A DNA stretch of 26,602 nucleotides, from positions 1-26,602 of the IMG/VR virus record IMGVR_UViG_3300042313_000167, one strand, 5' to 3'. Source of the stretch: a virus (lineage: Duplodnaviria; Caudoviricetes). The number at the start of each line of letters is the position of its first letter. Within the stretch, counting starts at the first letter, position 1. The notes beneath the pieces were generated by a model, which was not told the origin of the DNA, ran no database searches, and saw only the letters and a program-made list of their open reading frames with translations. Made by a program: the position numbers and the translations under genes. This document shows, piece by piece, positions 16,745-25,507 of this stretch.

Positions 16745-17497
16745 TTAGATCGTTTTCGGCATGATGCTCTGTTGCATTGCAACATTGCTGCTTCCAGCGC
16801 CTGCCCCGCCACCAAATCCGCCTTGTCCTAACGCACCAAATCCAAGGTTGGTCAATCCAGATCCTAGCGATCCAAGGTACTGGCCACCAACCCCGCCCGC
16901 GCTTGGCATATTATAAGTCCCAAGCAAAGCGGCTTGTTTTTTGGCGCGTTCATCAGCCCTCAAGTTTGCAATCATCTGAGGCGTAAACTCATAGTTTGCC
17001 ATCTGCGCCATCGGAGTGGTGCCTATAATGTTGGAAAACTGTTGAGCTCCAGCCTGCTGGAGATCCATTGATGTCCTACCTAGGTCCCGCGCCGTTAGGT
17101 TGCGAGCCGCCTGGCTTCCAGCGTATCCTCCAGTTAGAGCCTTTGAGGCGGTATTGCGTTGAATTTGGGCAGCAAGGTCAGGCGGCAACTCTCCACGAAG
17201 CAACGACATCGCGTTCTGGGTGCGCTGAGCTTGGCCCTCCTGATAGCCGGGAATCTGGATGCCGAGGGATTCAAGAAGCTGCGCCCGGTTGAAGGCGTTT
17301 CGTTGTGCTTCAAGTTCTCTGGTTTGAGGTGCCAGTTTCCCTGACTCTCCAATCAACTCTCCAAGGTCTAGGCCAGGCAAATTTGCCGCGCCGCGAGCGC
17401 CAGCGCGATCTTTGCTAGCTTGGTTGGCAGAAACTGCTGCGCCAGCCGCGCCAGCAACAACGCCGGTTGTGATAACTGCCGATGCTACGAATGACAT
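16745..17497 (-). CDS. Putative small ejection/DNA-transfer protein (P22 gp7/T7 gp14 position), 250 aa
   Basis: N-terminal MSFVASAVITTGVVAGAAGAAVSA, Gln/Ala-rich middle, Gly-rich hydrophobic C-terminus. Confidence 0.75.
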   Translation of the reverse strand: MSFVASAVITTGVVAGAAGAAVSANQASKDRAGARGAANLPGLDLGELIGESGKLAPQTRELEAQRNAFNRAQLLESLGIQIPGYQEGQAQRTQNAMSLLRGELPPDLAAQIQRNTASKALTGGYAGSQAARNLTARDLGRTSMDLQQAGAQQFSNIIGTTPMAQMANYEFTPQMIANLRADERAKKQAALLGTYNMPSAGGVGGQYLGSLGSGLTNLGFGALGQGGFGGGAGAGSSNVAMQQSIMPKTI

Positions 17498-17949
17498 AGT
17501 AAGTATTGGTTTTGACCCACGTAAGTGAGGTCGTTCAAAAGCTCTTCGTGATCCGTCTTGTTATCCAGATTCAGGTGAACCGTGGTCCAAATGGTGTCCT
17601 CATGGATCAGCAGCACGCGGCGAGTTCCTGGCTTGGTGATGCCCGAATACGGCGCCGTGTAGGTCACCATACCCTCGTTCTCGCTAACCACCGTGACCCT
17701 GCCTTTGGTGATGAAGAACGGATTGTCGAACTTATGGATGCGGCTGGTGACGACACATCCAGCCGGCATGAAGATTTCACGCACGTACATCCCCTCTGGG
17801 AACGTGTGTTTTAGCGGACACTCCTGCTGCGGAATATTCGCCACAAACGCTTCCCACCTGTCCAGACGATCGTCGAACGTGACGGTCTCATCCGTCAGGA
17901 TGTCGAGCCACGTAACAGGTTGAACGGCTACTGGAAGCTCCTCAGTCAT
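17485..17949 (-). CDS. Cupin-like phage protein, 154 aa
   Basis: HTFPEGMYVREIFMPAG..VTSRIHK...KGRVTV...YTAPY...PGTRR...HEDTIWTTVH fits a double-stranded beta-helix pattern. Confidence 0.8.
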   Translation of the reverse strand: MTEELPVAVQPVTWLDILTDETVTFDDRLDRWEAFVANIPQQECPLKHTFPEGMYVREIFMPAGCVVTSRIHKFDNPFFITKGRVTVVSENEGMVTYTAPYSGITKPGTRRVLLIHEDTIWTTVHLNLDNKTDHEELLNDLTYVGQNQYLLCHS

Positions 17950-19037
17950 CAGATGAATCCACTGAACCGAAATTGAATCTTCGCGGACCCGAACGGCTGC
18001 ACGTTAATCACGCTGCGCTCATTGGGGCTGTACGCCTCAAGCTCATTCCGAAGCGACCGCAGTGCTAGCTGGATCTCGCGCTCAGCCTCGGTGTACTGAT
18101 TCCGGTCTTCCTTCTGGATCGCTTTCATCATGTGCTTGATCGCCTGGAGGTTCCCGATAAACAGCCAGTCTGAATCAACGATCGCCGGTATGAAGTCCAG
18201 ACGAACGATCGCTTCCACGACCGTGTTGGTGCAAGCCTCGTCTGCTGGCACGCAGCCGTCTCCGTTGTCGATGCAGCAGTTGTCCTGGGTGGTGCTGCAC
18301 GAGTTGGCGCCACCGCACACCTCGGGCATCCCGACAAGGTAGGTGCGACGGTACTCAGGGTTCTGCTCGCTCGGACCCCAGACTGCGACTTGGGTTTGTA
18401 AAAGGGTTGTCGGGTTGTACGCCAGAATCGTCAGGCTTCCTTGAGTCAACGGCTTCTGGGCGCCAGTCAGACCCGGCTGCTTGAAGAGGTTGGTTGTCTG
18501 GACGTAGGCCGTGATGGAGGGGTTTGGAAGCGTGACGTACTCGCCCCAGACGTATTCTCCGCTGACCGAGTCCAACGTGCGGATTGGAATTCCATTGGGA
18601 TCGAGCCCCTGCAAGAGAACACGCTTACCAACGTCAGCTGATAGCTGTGGTGTCACCCTGATGTAGCAGTTACCAACCGAGTCTCGAAACTGCGTCACCA
18701 TGCCGCGATCTAGCAGCTGGTCTTGCTCGCATCCTTCACGGCCACATCCGGTGCGCGGTGCCCGGGTGTCCGTCTGGAACTCGTACCACTGGTTCTGGAT
18801 GGGAATGTTGTAGCCGCAGAGGTTCATCGCCTCGATCGTCTTAACCTCGCGAGGCCAGGTGATGCAGCCAGCGGTGACGCAGACGCGCAGCTTCTTGTAC
18901 GTACCCCACCACTTGCCCATGTCCGCCAAGCGAGCTTGAGCCTCGTTGAGCAACTGGACAAAACGCTCGTCGCAGGTGGCCAGACCTACTGCCTGCGGGA
19001 TCGTGGAGTTCTTGGCTTGGGCGAGGGTTTTTCTCAT
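17949..19037 (-). CDS. Putative tail adaptor / tail tubular protein A-like virion protein, Cys-rich, 362 aa
   Basis: N-terminal LLNEAQARL helix, ITWPREVKTIE strand and C-terminal helical pair resemble adaptor architecture; 13 Cys; context. Function inferred. Confidence 0.6.
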   Translation of the reverse strand: MRKTLAQAKNSTIPQAVGLATCDERFVQLLNEAQARLADMGKWWGTYKKLRVCVTAGCITWPREVKTIEAMNLCGYNIPIQNQWYEFQTDTRAPRTGCGREGCEQDQLLDRGMVTQFRDSVGNCYIRVTPQLSADVGKRVLLQGLDPNGIPIRTLDSVSGEYVWGEYVTLPNPSITAYVQTTNLFKQPGLTGAQKPLTQGSLTILAYNPTTLLQTQVAVWGPSEQNPEYRRTYLVGMPEVCGGANSCSTTQDNCCIDNGDGCVPADEACTNTVVEAIVRLDFIPAIVDSDWLFIGNLQAIKHMMKAIQKEDRNQYTEAEREIQLALRSLRNELEAYSPNERSVINVQPFGSAKIQFRFSGFI

Positions 19038-19038
19038 G

Positions 19039-20016
19039 TTATCGGATGGCGCGGGCCATGACTTTCCATTTGGCTTCGGTAATGGCGGTAAGCGTTCCGG
19101 TGGTTTTGTGGTTTACAGAAAGAGTCGTAATTTGATCGCTGCGTACAAATCCGATTGAAGTGGTGTTGGAATAAGATGTAACGCGCAGGTCGCTTTCTGA
19201 TTGATTTGATCGAAGGATACTTCCAACTGGGATGTAGTCTCCACCAGCTGGATTGACTCCCGCGTATCCAGCATCACCACCTGCATCTACGCAGATAATC
19301 CCAATATCCCAAGTCAGCGGATCAGCTCCTAACCCGTGTAAAAAACTCACCGAAGCACCAGAAGCCGGAATCGCCAGATAACTCGCAACCGGAGTAATAT
19401 ACCCCGACTCCCAGACCGTAGCCGGAGTCGAGTTTGTCCGTAAAAACTGGCGGTCAATTCCAGGAGAGAAATTCGATGGACCCACATTGCCGGGATTCAG
19501 AAGCTGAAACCGAGTGCCGTCGTACACAACGACGCACACCTGCCCGGCTCGTATGTCGCCTGCAACCAATGGAACGGTACCAAACTTCGTGATTGCCTTA
19601 ACCGCAAGGCCGTCAACCGACAGCGTGCTAGCTCCAGTGTTTACGATTGACCCAACAAAAACGTATGACACCCCTGTCCGGTACGCCTGATTTACACCAG
19701 GAGAGGCGGGCGTCAACGTAAGCGTGTAGGCGTTGGCAACGCCGGCTCCGACGCCATACGTAAACTGCGTCTGAACCCGCGACCATCCAGCCGGCGCCGT
19801 CGTGTTGTACTTCAGGACCTCGACCGGATTCTGGTTTGAGTCCAGTCGCAGCCAGTAGAGCGAAAGATCAGCTGGGGCAACTGCGCCTGCCGACCACTCT
19901 GGTGGCGCTGAATACTGGGCGATTATCGCCTCCGCGTAGGCGTCCAAACGATCCTGCTCGGATGCGTAGCAGGCGGGCGGAGGAAGTGTGCCGGCAGTTA
20001 GGTTGATTTCAGGCAT
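19039..20016 (-). CDS. Tail fibre-like protein, 325 aa
   Basis: ANAYTLTLTPA..Y.TG....F.....NTGASTLSVDGL....I......L.AGDI.AG....VVYDGTRFQL is a common phage fibre domain. Confidence 0.75.
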   Translation of the reverse strand: MPEINLTAGTLPPPACYASEQDRLDAYAEAIIAQYSAPPEWSAGAVAPADLSLYWLRLDSNQNPVEVLKYNTTAPAGWSRVQTQFTYGVGAGVANAYTLTLTPASPGVNQAYRTGVSYVFVGSIVNTGASTLSVDGLAVKAITKFGTVPLVAGDIRAGQVCVVVYDGTRFQLLNPGNVGPSNFSPGIDRQFLRTNSTPATVWESGYITPVASYLAIPASGASVSFLHGLGADPLTWDIGIICVDAGGDAGYAGVNPAGGDYIPVGSILRSNQSESDLRVTSYSNTTSIGFVRSDQITTLSVNHKTTGTLTAITEAKWKVMARAIR

Positions 20017-20018
20017 GG

Positions 20019-23000
20019 CTAGATGCGGTAAAGGTAGTCGTTTGGCTTACACGGGCCTGGGTCGCATTCAAGCGCCAAACAGCCCTCGGGACAATCGAAA
20101 TAGAAGAACTGCTCAAGAGGCGCAACGCAGCGTGTTGGGCGCCCTGTGAGAAATGCGTTACCGAACTGACCTCCGTTATTGCGTACCAACCCTTGTCCGC
20201 TGAGCCTTCGGACGCTGTTGCATCCAATCTGGATGTTATCGACGTACCGGAAGAAGTTTCCGATCGAGGAGGTAAACGCTACGTCTGGCCCAGGACTCGC
20301 GCAGGTAAACGTTGTGGTCGTCGGGGTTCCGGTTACGATCACCTGGTCGTTGAACGAAGCGTTACTAAGCCCTTCAACGGTCACGTGGTATCCAAGGAGT
20401 ATTTGGTGCGCCTTGTTCGTCGTGTACGTGGCCACTCCAGCGGTGCGCTGGAATCCGATGGGTTTGATTTCCCATGGGAAGTTGATCGGGCTGTTGATGC
20501 CGAGGAATCCGCTTCCTGACGTAACTGGCGTATTTGGAAGCGGACCCACCGGGTTGTTAACCGTAAACTGCGTGGTCGAAGGTGTTGAAAGGACGGTAAA
20601 CACGCCGTTAAACGTGCCGTCCGTCACACTAACCATCGAAATTTCCATTCCCACCTGAAGTTCATGCGGGGAGACCGTGGTGAACGTCGATATACCAGCT
20701 GCGTCTCTTGACGCCCCTGTCGGAAATGGGGCCGGCGGAGCCAGTGGCCTAATCGGTATCTGGTAGTCCGTCGGATAGTACCAAGTGGACTTGTTGACAT
20801 CGTGGTTGTTGACCAGGAAAACAGCGTCCAGCGGGGTGTATGCTGTCTGGTAGAACCATGATCCTGGCCCTGTCAGGAGAACATCGTTGTTCTCGATCAA
20901 CATATCCTTGTGCCCCGAAATCAAGGTTGAGTAGGTCTCAGGGTTAGTGACGCTGGGCACCCCTGAAATCAATGTAAACCAATCCTGCACAACCAAGGCG
21001 ATAAACGCTGATATGTTCAGCGCCGAGTTGTGATGGATGTGGGTTCCCTTGTGCTGGTAGGAATCGACGTAGAAGCAGGTGCCACGGAACCCGTCGAAAT
21101 TGTTGTAGCTGATATCGGCGCCGTTAGTTTCACGAACGGTGATAGCAGTAACCGGACTCTGCTGGTCAACTGGATTAGGGCCACCCTGAACCCGGTTGTA
21201 TTTGAACTCGCATCCTGTAGCAAAGATGCGCTGGCTTCGGAGCATGATTACCTGGCCGTCGAGGTAAAGGCCGGGGAGTATGTTTGGGCCAGGTGCGGAA
21301 ACAGTGAATCGGTTGTCATCCAGTAATGAAATCACCGTCGATTTTGCGTAGACAGGTGGTTTGTAAAACACGCTGCCAACGACTGTAGCGGGCACGTTCG
21401 GGAGAACTTGAGCAACGGTGAAGTTAAAATCGTCGATAATCGACGCGACAACCCATGTTCCGTTAAACGAAGAATCAAATGTGATGCCACTGATTATAAC
21501 CTGGTCTCCCGTGTTGACGAAGTGTATTCCAGCTGTGGTGTATGTCGCAATGCTAGCATTCCGTTGGACTACTGAGGCGTATGTCATCGTCACCGGGACC
21601 ACATCCCCAACCCGCAACGTGTGTTTCATCACGCAGGTGTATGTCGCAACTCCACCAACGCGAGAAACCACATTGATCGGGTTAATAAGACTTGAAAACC
21701 CGCCAACCACACACTGAGTGTTCGACTCTGCGCTACCGGGGTACAGGGTGCTTTGAATCGAGTTGCGTCCTTGGTAGCTGAAATCGTTGTTTAGAACCCT
21801 TGCTCCCTGAGTGTTGTCAGAAACATTCATCGGAAGAAACGACTTCGCGATAAACGTCTCGGCATCCGCAATTCCAACTCCAAAATCGTAGAACTGGTTG
21901 TTCTGAATGAGCGCGTTCTCGCCGACGTGGTTGATTCCAGCGACGGTGAATAACGAGTTTACACCAGCTTTGGTTTGCGGTGTAAGAGCTACATTTGGAT
22001 AAGCCCAAGCGCGGGCGTTTTCGTTTACCAAAGTGTAAACGTATCCAACACTAGGAGTGGATCCAATATTTGTTCCTACATTAACGCAAGTAAACTGAGT
22101 TGGGCTCGGTGGAGCCAATGTTACAAACGTACCGTTAAAAGACGCATTTGAAAGACCCTCAATAAGAACAGTTTCACCGCCTACAAAGCCATGTGGAGTT
22201 GCAGTATCATATATAGCAACGTTTGTGTTTCGCTCGAATCCGTTAATTTGAGTTGCTGTAGTAGGCGCTGCATTTAGGCAGAATACCTCTTCAGTTGAAA
22301 GAAATCCGGCAACTACAAAAGTGCCATTGAAAGCCGCACTTGCAAATCCTGTGACATTTATTGAATCTCCGATTGTAAATCCAAAATTCCACTGCGGATG
22401 TTTAGTGTAGATAGCATAGCCAAACGGATTTATTCTTGCACGTAAAAGCACCACCCTTAGGTCGCGTTGAAAAGAAAATGATGTTATGTTTGTAATGCTT
22501 CCAAATCCTACAAATGAAAGATCGTTTCCTGTGCCTGCTGTGATTACATTACTTATGTATTGCGAAATTGCGCTAATGTTAGTGTATGGCGCAGGTGAAA
22601 TAGGGGGGCTGTAGGCCGGAGGGGCAACTGCGTAAAATTGAGTGTTAGGTAAATTCGGTTCGTACAACGGTTGCAATACGTTGTAAGTATTTATACCATT
22701 TGTCCTTTGAACAGAAACTATCTTTATATCGGCCACCGAATTATTGGCGTAGTTTCCGTCGAAAGTAATTCCTTCAATTATCGTGTTCTTGCAGTTGATG
22801 CTATCCAGAGGCGCGCCTGCGTAAGCGCCAGGTGCCCCAACAACTCCAAACCCTGTGTAATTTCCAAGGGTCTTCAGCATCTGAATGTTGAATCCAAAAG
22901 TGTCCCCTCTTTTCGTGGAAGTGTTATCGGCAAACTTCAGGATGGTCTTGCCGACGCCCTGGCCTGTGAATGCGACGTTGTTGATTACGCCTGTGAATGG

Positions 23001-23423
23001 TGGGTAACCCATCACAAGTGACGAAGTGTAGCCGCCGCCAATTAGGTTGATCCAACCGTCTTGGGTGACCAGGGGTGCATCAGGTCCAGGAACCGCTGCT
23101 GTAAATTGCGTCGGAGTAGGTATGCTGAGAACCGCGAATCCAAACTGTAACGGCCCGGTGCCGTTGAAGGTGATGTCCGTAAACCCGTACAAGGTGATCT
23201 TCTCGCCGACAACGAGCCCGTGCGGTGTGGACGTGTTGAACGTCGCAACGCCTGCGGTGCGGACACGGTCGATGATCTTCGCCCCAGGACTCGATCCAAG
23301 CAGGAATGTCCCCACTGGAAAATCGCAGCGCAGCGCAGCGAATAGGCATTCATTGATCGCCCACGCGCTGTTTCTCAGTCCACAGGGATCGGCGCCGTAA
23401 TCGACTGGGTTTGAAGAAGGCAT
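20019..23423 (-). CDS. Tailspike / beta-helix depolymerase-like protein with repeated inserted modules, 1134 aa
   Basis: Start corrected to MPSSNPVDYGADP (pectate-lyase-3-like start, with AINEC and FPVGTF); beta-helix rungs IEGITFDGN, LIQNNQF, VLNNDF, ISYNNF, IHHNSA and LIENNDV. Confidence 0.8.
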   Translation of the reverse strand: MPSSNPVDYGADPCGLRNSAWAINECLFAALRCDFPVGTFLLGSSPGAKIIDRVRTAGVATFNTSTPHGLVVGEKITLYGFTDITFNGTGPLQFGFAVLSIPTPTQFTAAVPGPDAPLVTQDGWINLIGGGYTSSLVMGYPPFTGVINNVAFTGQGVGKTILKFADNTSTKRGDTFGFNIQMLKTLGNYTGFGVVGAPGAYAGAPLDSINCKNTIIEGITFDGNYANNSVADIKIVSVQRTNGINTYNVLQPLYEPNLPNTQFYAVAPPAYSPPISPAPYTNISAISQYISNVITAGTGNDLSFVGFGSITNITSFSFQRDLRVVLLRARINPFGYAIYTKHPQWNFGFTIGDSINVTGFASAAFNGTFVVAGFLSTEEVFCLNAAPTTATQINGFERNTNVAIYDTATPHGFVGGETVLIEGLSNASFNGTFVTLAPPSPTQFTCVNVGTNIGSTPSVGYVYTLVNENARAWAYPNVALTPQTKAGVNSLFTVAGINHVGENALIQNNQFYDFGVGIADAETFIAKSFLPMNVSDNTQGARVLNNDFSYQGRNSIQSTLYPGSAESNTQCVVGGFSSLINPINVVSRVGGVATYTCVMKHTLRVGDVVPVTMTYASVVQRNASIATYTTAGIHFVNTGDQVIISGITFDSSFNGTWVVASIIDDFNFTVAQVLPNVPATVVGSVFYKPPVYAKSTVISLLDDNRFTVSAPGPNILPGLYLDGQVIMLRSQRIFATGCEFKYNRVQGGPNPVDQQSPVTAITVRETNGADISYNNFDGFRGTCFYVDSYQHKGTHIHHNSALNISAFIALVVQDWFTLISGVPSVTNPETYSTLISGHKDMLIENNDVLLTGPGSWFYQTAYTPLDAVFLVNNHDVNKSTWYYPTDYQIPIRPLAPPAPFPTGASRDAAGISTFTTVSPHELQVGMEISMVSVTDGTFNGVFTVLSTPSTTQFTVNNPVGPLPNTPVTSGSGFLGINSPINFPWEIKPIGFQRTAGVATYTTNKAHQILLGYHVTVEGLSNASFNDQVIVTGTPTTTTFTCASPGPDVAFTSSIGNFFRYVDNIQIGCNSVRRLSGQGLVRNNGGQFGNAFLTGRPTRCVAPLEQFFYFDCPEGCLALECDPGPCKPNDYLYRI
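21537..21649. repeat. 14-bp direct repeat in adjacent tailspike modules
   Basis: GGTGTATGTCGCAA at 21537-21550 and 21636-21649. Confidence 0.8.
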
Positions 23424-23424
23424 A

Positions 23425-25464
23425 CTATTCGGAGAGTAGCGGGCAGGCAACGCGGCTGAGATCGCCGTAGATATCCTCTTGGAGTCGCTGGGCAACCATC
23501 GCCACGCGCTTGAGCCGGAAGCGGCCGGTGTTCACGTAGCGCAACTGGAACTCGTAGCCATCACGAGTAAACCCTCCGGTCTGCACGTCACACTTGTCCG
23601 GAGGCTGCGGGAGGGCAATGCGCGATCTGGCTGGCGGCTGGTAGTATTTGACCTCTTGGCAGTTAATCACCGCAGGAGGGCAGGAAATCTCGCCCGGCTC
23701 GCAGTTGCGGTACTTGGCGCAGTCTTTAATCTCGGCCCATGGTTGCCAGCACTCACCCTCGTTAGCCTTGAAGTAGACCTTGGCTTCGATATTGCCCATC
23801 ACCTGGTCATACCACTGCTCGGCGCTAACAAGGCGCTTCTTGTTTGTGGGTTCACCAAATGTCAGTGAGCGGGTCTCAATGGTCCAGTCGATCGGTACAT
23901 CATCGAACCCATCGAAGTCAAACTGGCCGTTCTTGGTGACCTCAAAGAGACCGATGTCCCCTTGATTCAGTCCAAACATGAAGCAGCGTTCTTGCTTCTG
24001 GATTCGGATCGTCAGCATCTGGAATACATCAACTCCAGTCCAGACCCCCTCCCATGCCGGCGGGAGTTTTCGGCCCATGCCCGAGACAAGATCAAAGTCC
24101 AGCACTACGACCCCTCGGTGTATGATACCTCGGTTGTTGACCTTCTGAGGCTGAATGGTCATTAGCAACCGATTGTCGAAGTTCACGGAGCTAGCAGCCG
24201 TCAGGTAAAAATCCGTGTCGTAAGCCAGCGCACGGGTCACCTGCCGGCTGATCGGAGTATTTCCAAACTCAGTGAAATCGCGCCTGGCATAGATCAACGA
24301 GCGAATACCGTCCTGAGCGCGGAAGAATAGATCACCGTTCACTGGCACGATGGATTCGTGGTTGAACGATCCGAAGTTTAGAAGCGCGAATCGCTGGATT
24401 GGATAATTGAGATCCTTCCAAACATCCCGGTCCACAGGCGCGTTAAACGCGTAAGTGGCGGTCGGGGTGAACACCAGCAGGTCGCCGTCGCCAAGGGACG
24501 TGTCCAGGTTGGCCGCGAATGCCAACCCTGTGATCGGGCCGCTTGAGACCGCAAAGGCGCCGCCTTCATTGATGAATGTGTTCTCGGTAAATCGAATCAC
24601 GCTGTCCCGGCCGTAAGCAGGATCACCGTAGACCAAGTCTCCGCCGTAGTATTCCGAACCGCTGGCAACCCAAAGGCGTCCTTTTCCGTATGCCATCGGG
24701 CCGCCTGTTGGCACTTCTTCTCCAGTTGCTCGACGCAATGTGGAACCGTCAAACAGATACGGTTGATTCTGAGTGTCTTGGACGATCATCCAATTCTCAG
24801 CCTGCTGAAAATAGACGTGTAAAATCTGAGGATTATTGGCCGCTAGCTGATAGGCATTGAATGTTGGGCCAAGCAACGGACCTGCGTCAACTCCCGGTGA
24901 GTACGTGGTAAATGTCGTTAGGCTTGGGGTAGTCTGAACCAGAAAATCTCCGAAAAATCCCTGCGGAAAAGACGCACCTGGAGGTTCAGGAAGCCGTACC
25001 ACCATGCCTGGTGATAATCCGTGAGGCGCTCCGCAAACGTAGGTGGCGACGTTAGAAACTCGACCGCGAGTTTGAATCTGAAACTGGAAATTTATTGGCG
25101 TTATGTCTGTAACGCTGAATCCGGCGTTGATGTCGATCTGGAAGACTTTGCCTCCGATCGACACAAAAATGTAAGGGTCTTCGTTGTCGGCAGTGTAGGT
25201 TCCGCATCCCTGAAAAAACCCCTCTTTGAACGCCGATTGCACCGCAGCGTTGTAGTAGCCTCCGTTGTAGAGAACGGTTGGATCGGCAAACTTCAGCAGT
25301 TTGGTCCAAATCCCAGGCCGCGCTTTCGGGAATCCTCCGCGCACCGTCGTGTTCACCGCCCATGCTAGCTGGTTGGGTTGGATGAGTGAGGGCGAAAAAC
25401 CGCTATCCACCCCACCTTCAGCGGTGAGGAGGCCATCTACTATGCGATTTTTTTCTGCGACCAT
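23425..25464 (-). CDS. Tail nozzle / packaged-DNA stabilisation protein (P22 gp10/T7 gp12-like), 679 aa
   Basis: Start likely MVAEKNR; GGVDSG.SP.LI..NQ..WAVN...RGG..K.RPG N-terminus, beta-propeller-like strands (YGKGRLWVA, GDLFFRAQDGIRSL, TPISRQV) and W.IETR...FG....KK C-terminal pattern. Confidence 0.75.
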   Translation of the reverse strand: MVAEKNRIVDGLLTAEGGVDSGFSPSLIQPNQLAWAVNTTVRGGFPKARPGIWTKLLKFADPTVLYNGGYYNAAVQSAFKEGFFQGCGTYTADNEDPYIFVSIGGKVFQIDINAGFSVTDITPINFQFQIQTRGRVSNVATYVCGAPHGLSPGMVVRLPEPPGASFPQGFFGDFLVQTTPSLTTFTTYSPGVDAGPLLGPTFNAYQLAANNPQILHVYFQQAENWMIVQDTQNQPYLFDGSTLRRATGEEVPTGGPMAYGKGRLWVASGSEYYGGDLVYGDPAYGRDSVIRFTENTFINEGGAFAVSSGPITGLAFAANLDTSLGDGDLLVFTPTATYAFNAPVDRDVWKDLNYPIQRFALLNFGSFNHESIVPVNGDLFFRAQDGIRSLIYARRDFTEFGNTPISRQVTRALAYDTDFYLTAASSVNFDNRLLMTIQPQKVNNRGIIHRGVVVLDFDLVSGMGRKLPPAWEGVWTGVDVFQMLTIRIQKQERCFMFGLNQGDIGLFEVTKNGQFDFDGFDDVPIDWTIETRSLTFGEPTNKKRLVSAEQWYDQVMGNIEAKVYFKANEGECWQPWAEIKDCAKYRNCEPGEISCPPAVINCQEVKYYQPPARSRIALPQPPDKCDVQTGGFTRDGYEFQLRYVNTGRFRLKRVAMVAQRLQEDIYGDLSRVACPLLSE

Positions 25465-25507
25465 GACGCTTGAACGTATTGAAAGGCCGCAGCAGCATTC
25501 CCGCAAG

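Noticed and set aside
20019-23423. Diversity-generating retroelement target in the tailspike
   Set aside because: No reverse transcriptase and no near-identical TR/VR pair differing at adenines was seen; repeats are diverged at synonymous sites.
150-25368. Numerous + strand ORFs (e.g. 5471..5788, 12854..13411, 14411..14986, 20179..20658)
   Set aside because: Antisense shadows of real minus-strand genes, longest opposite Pro-rich or Thr-rich tracts; no motifs or RBS.
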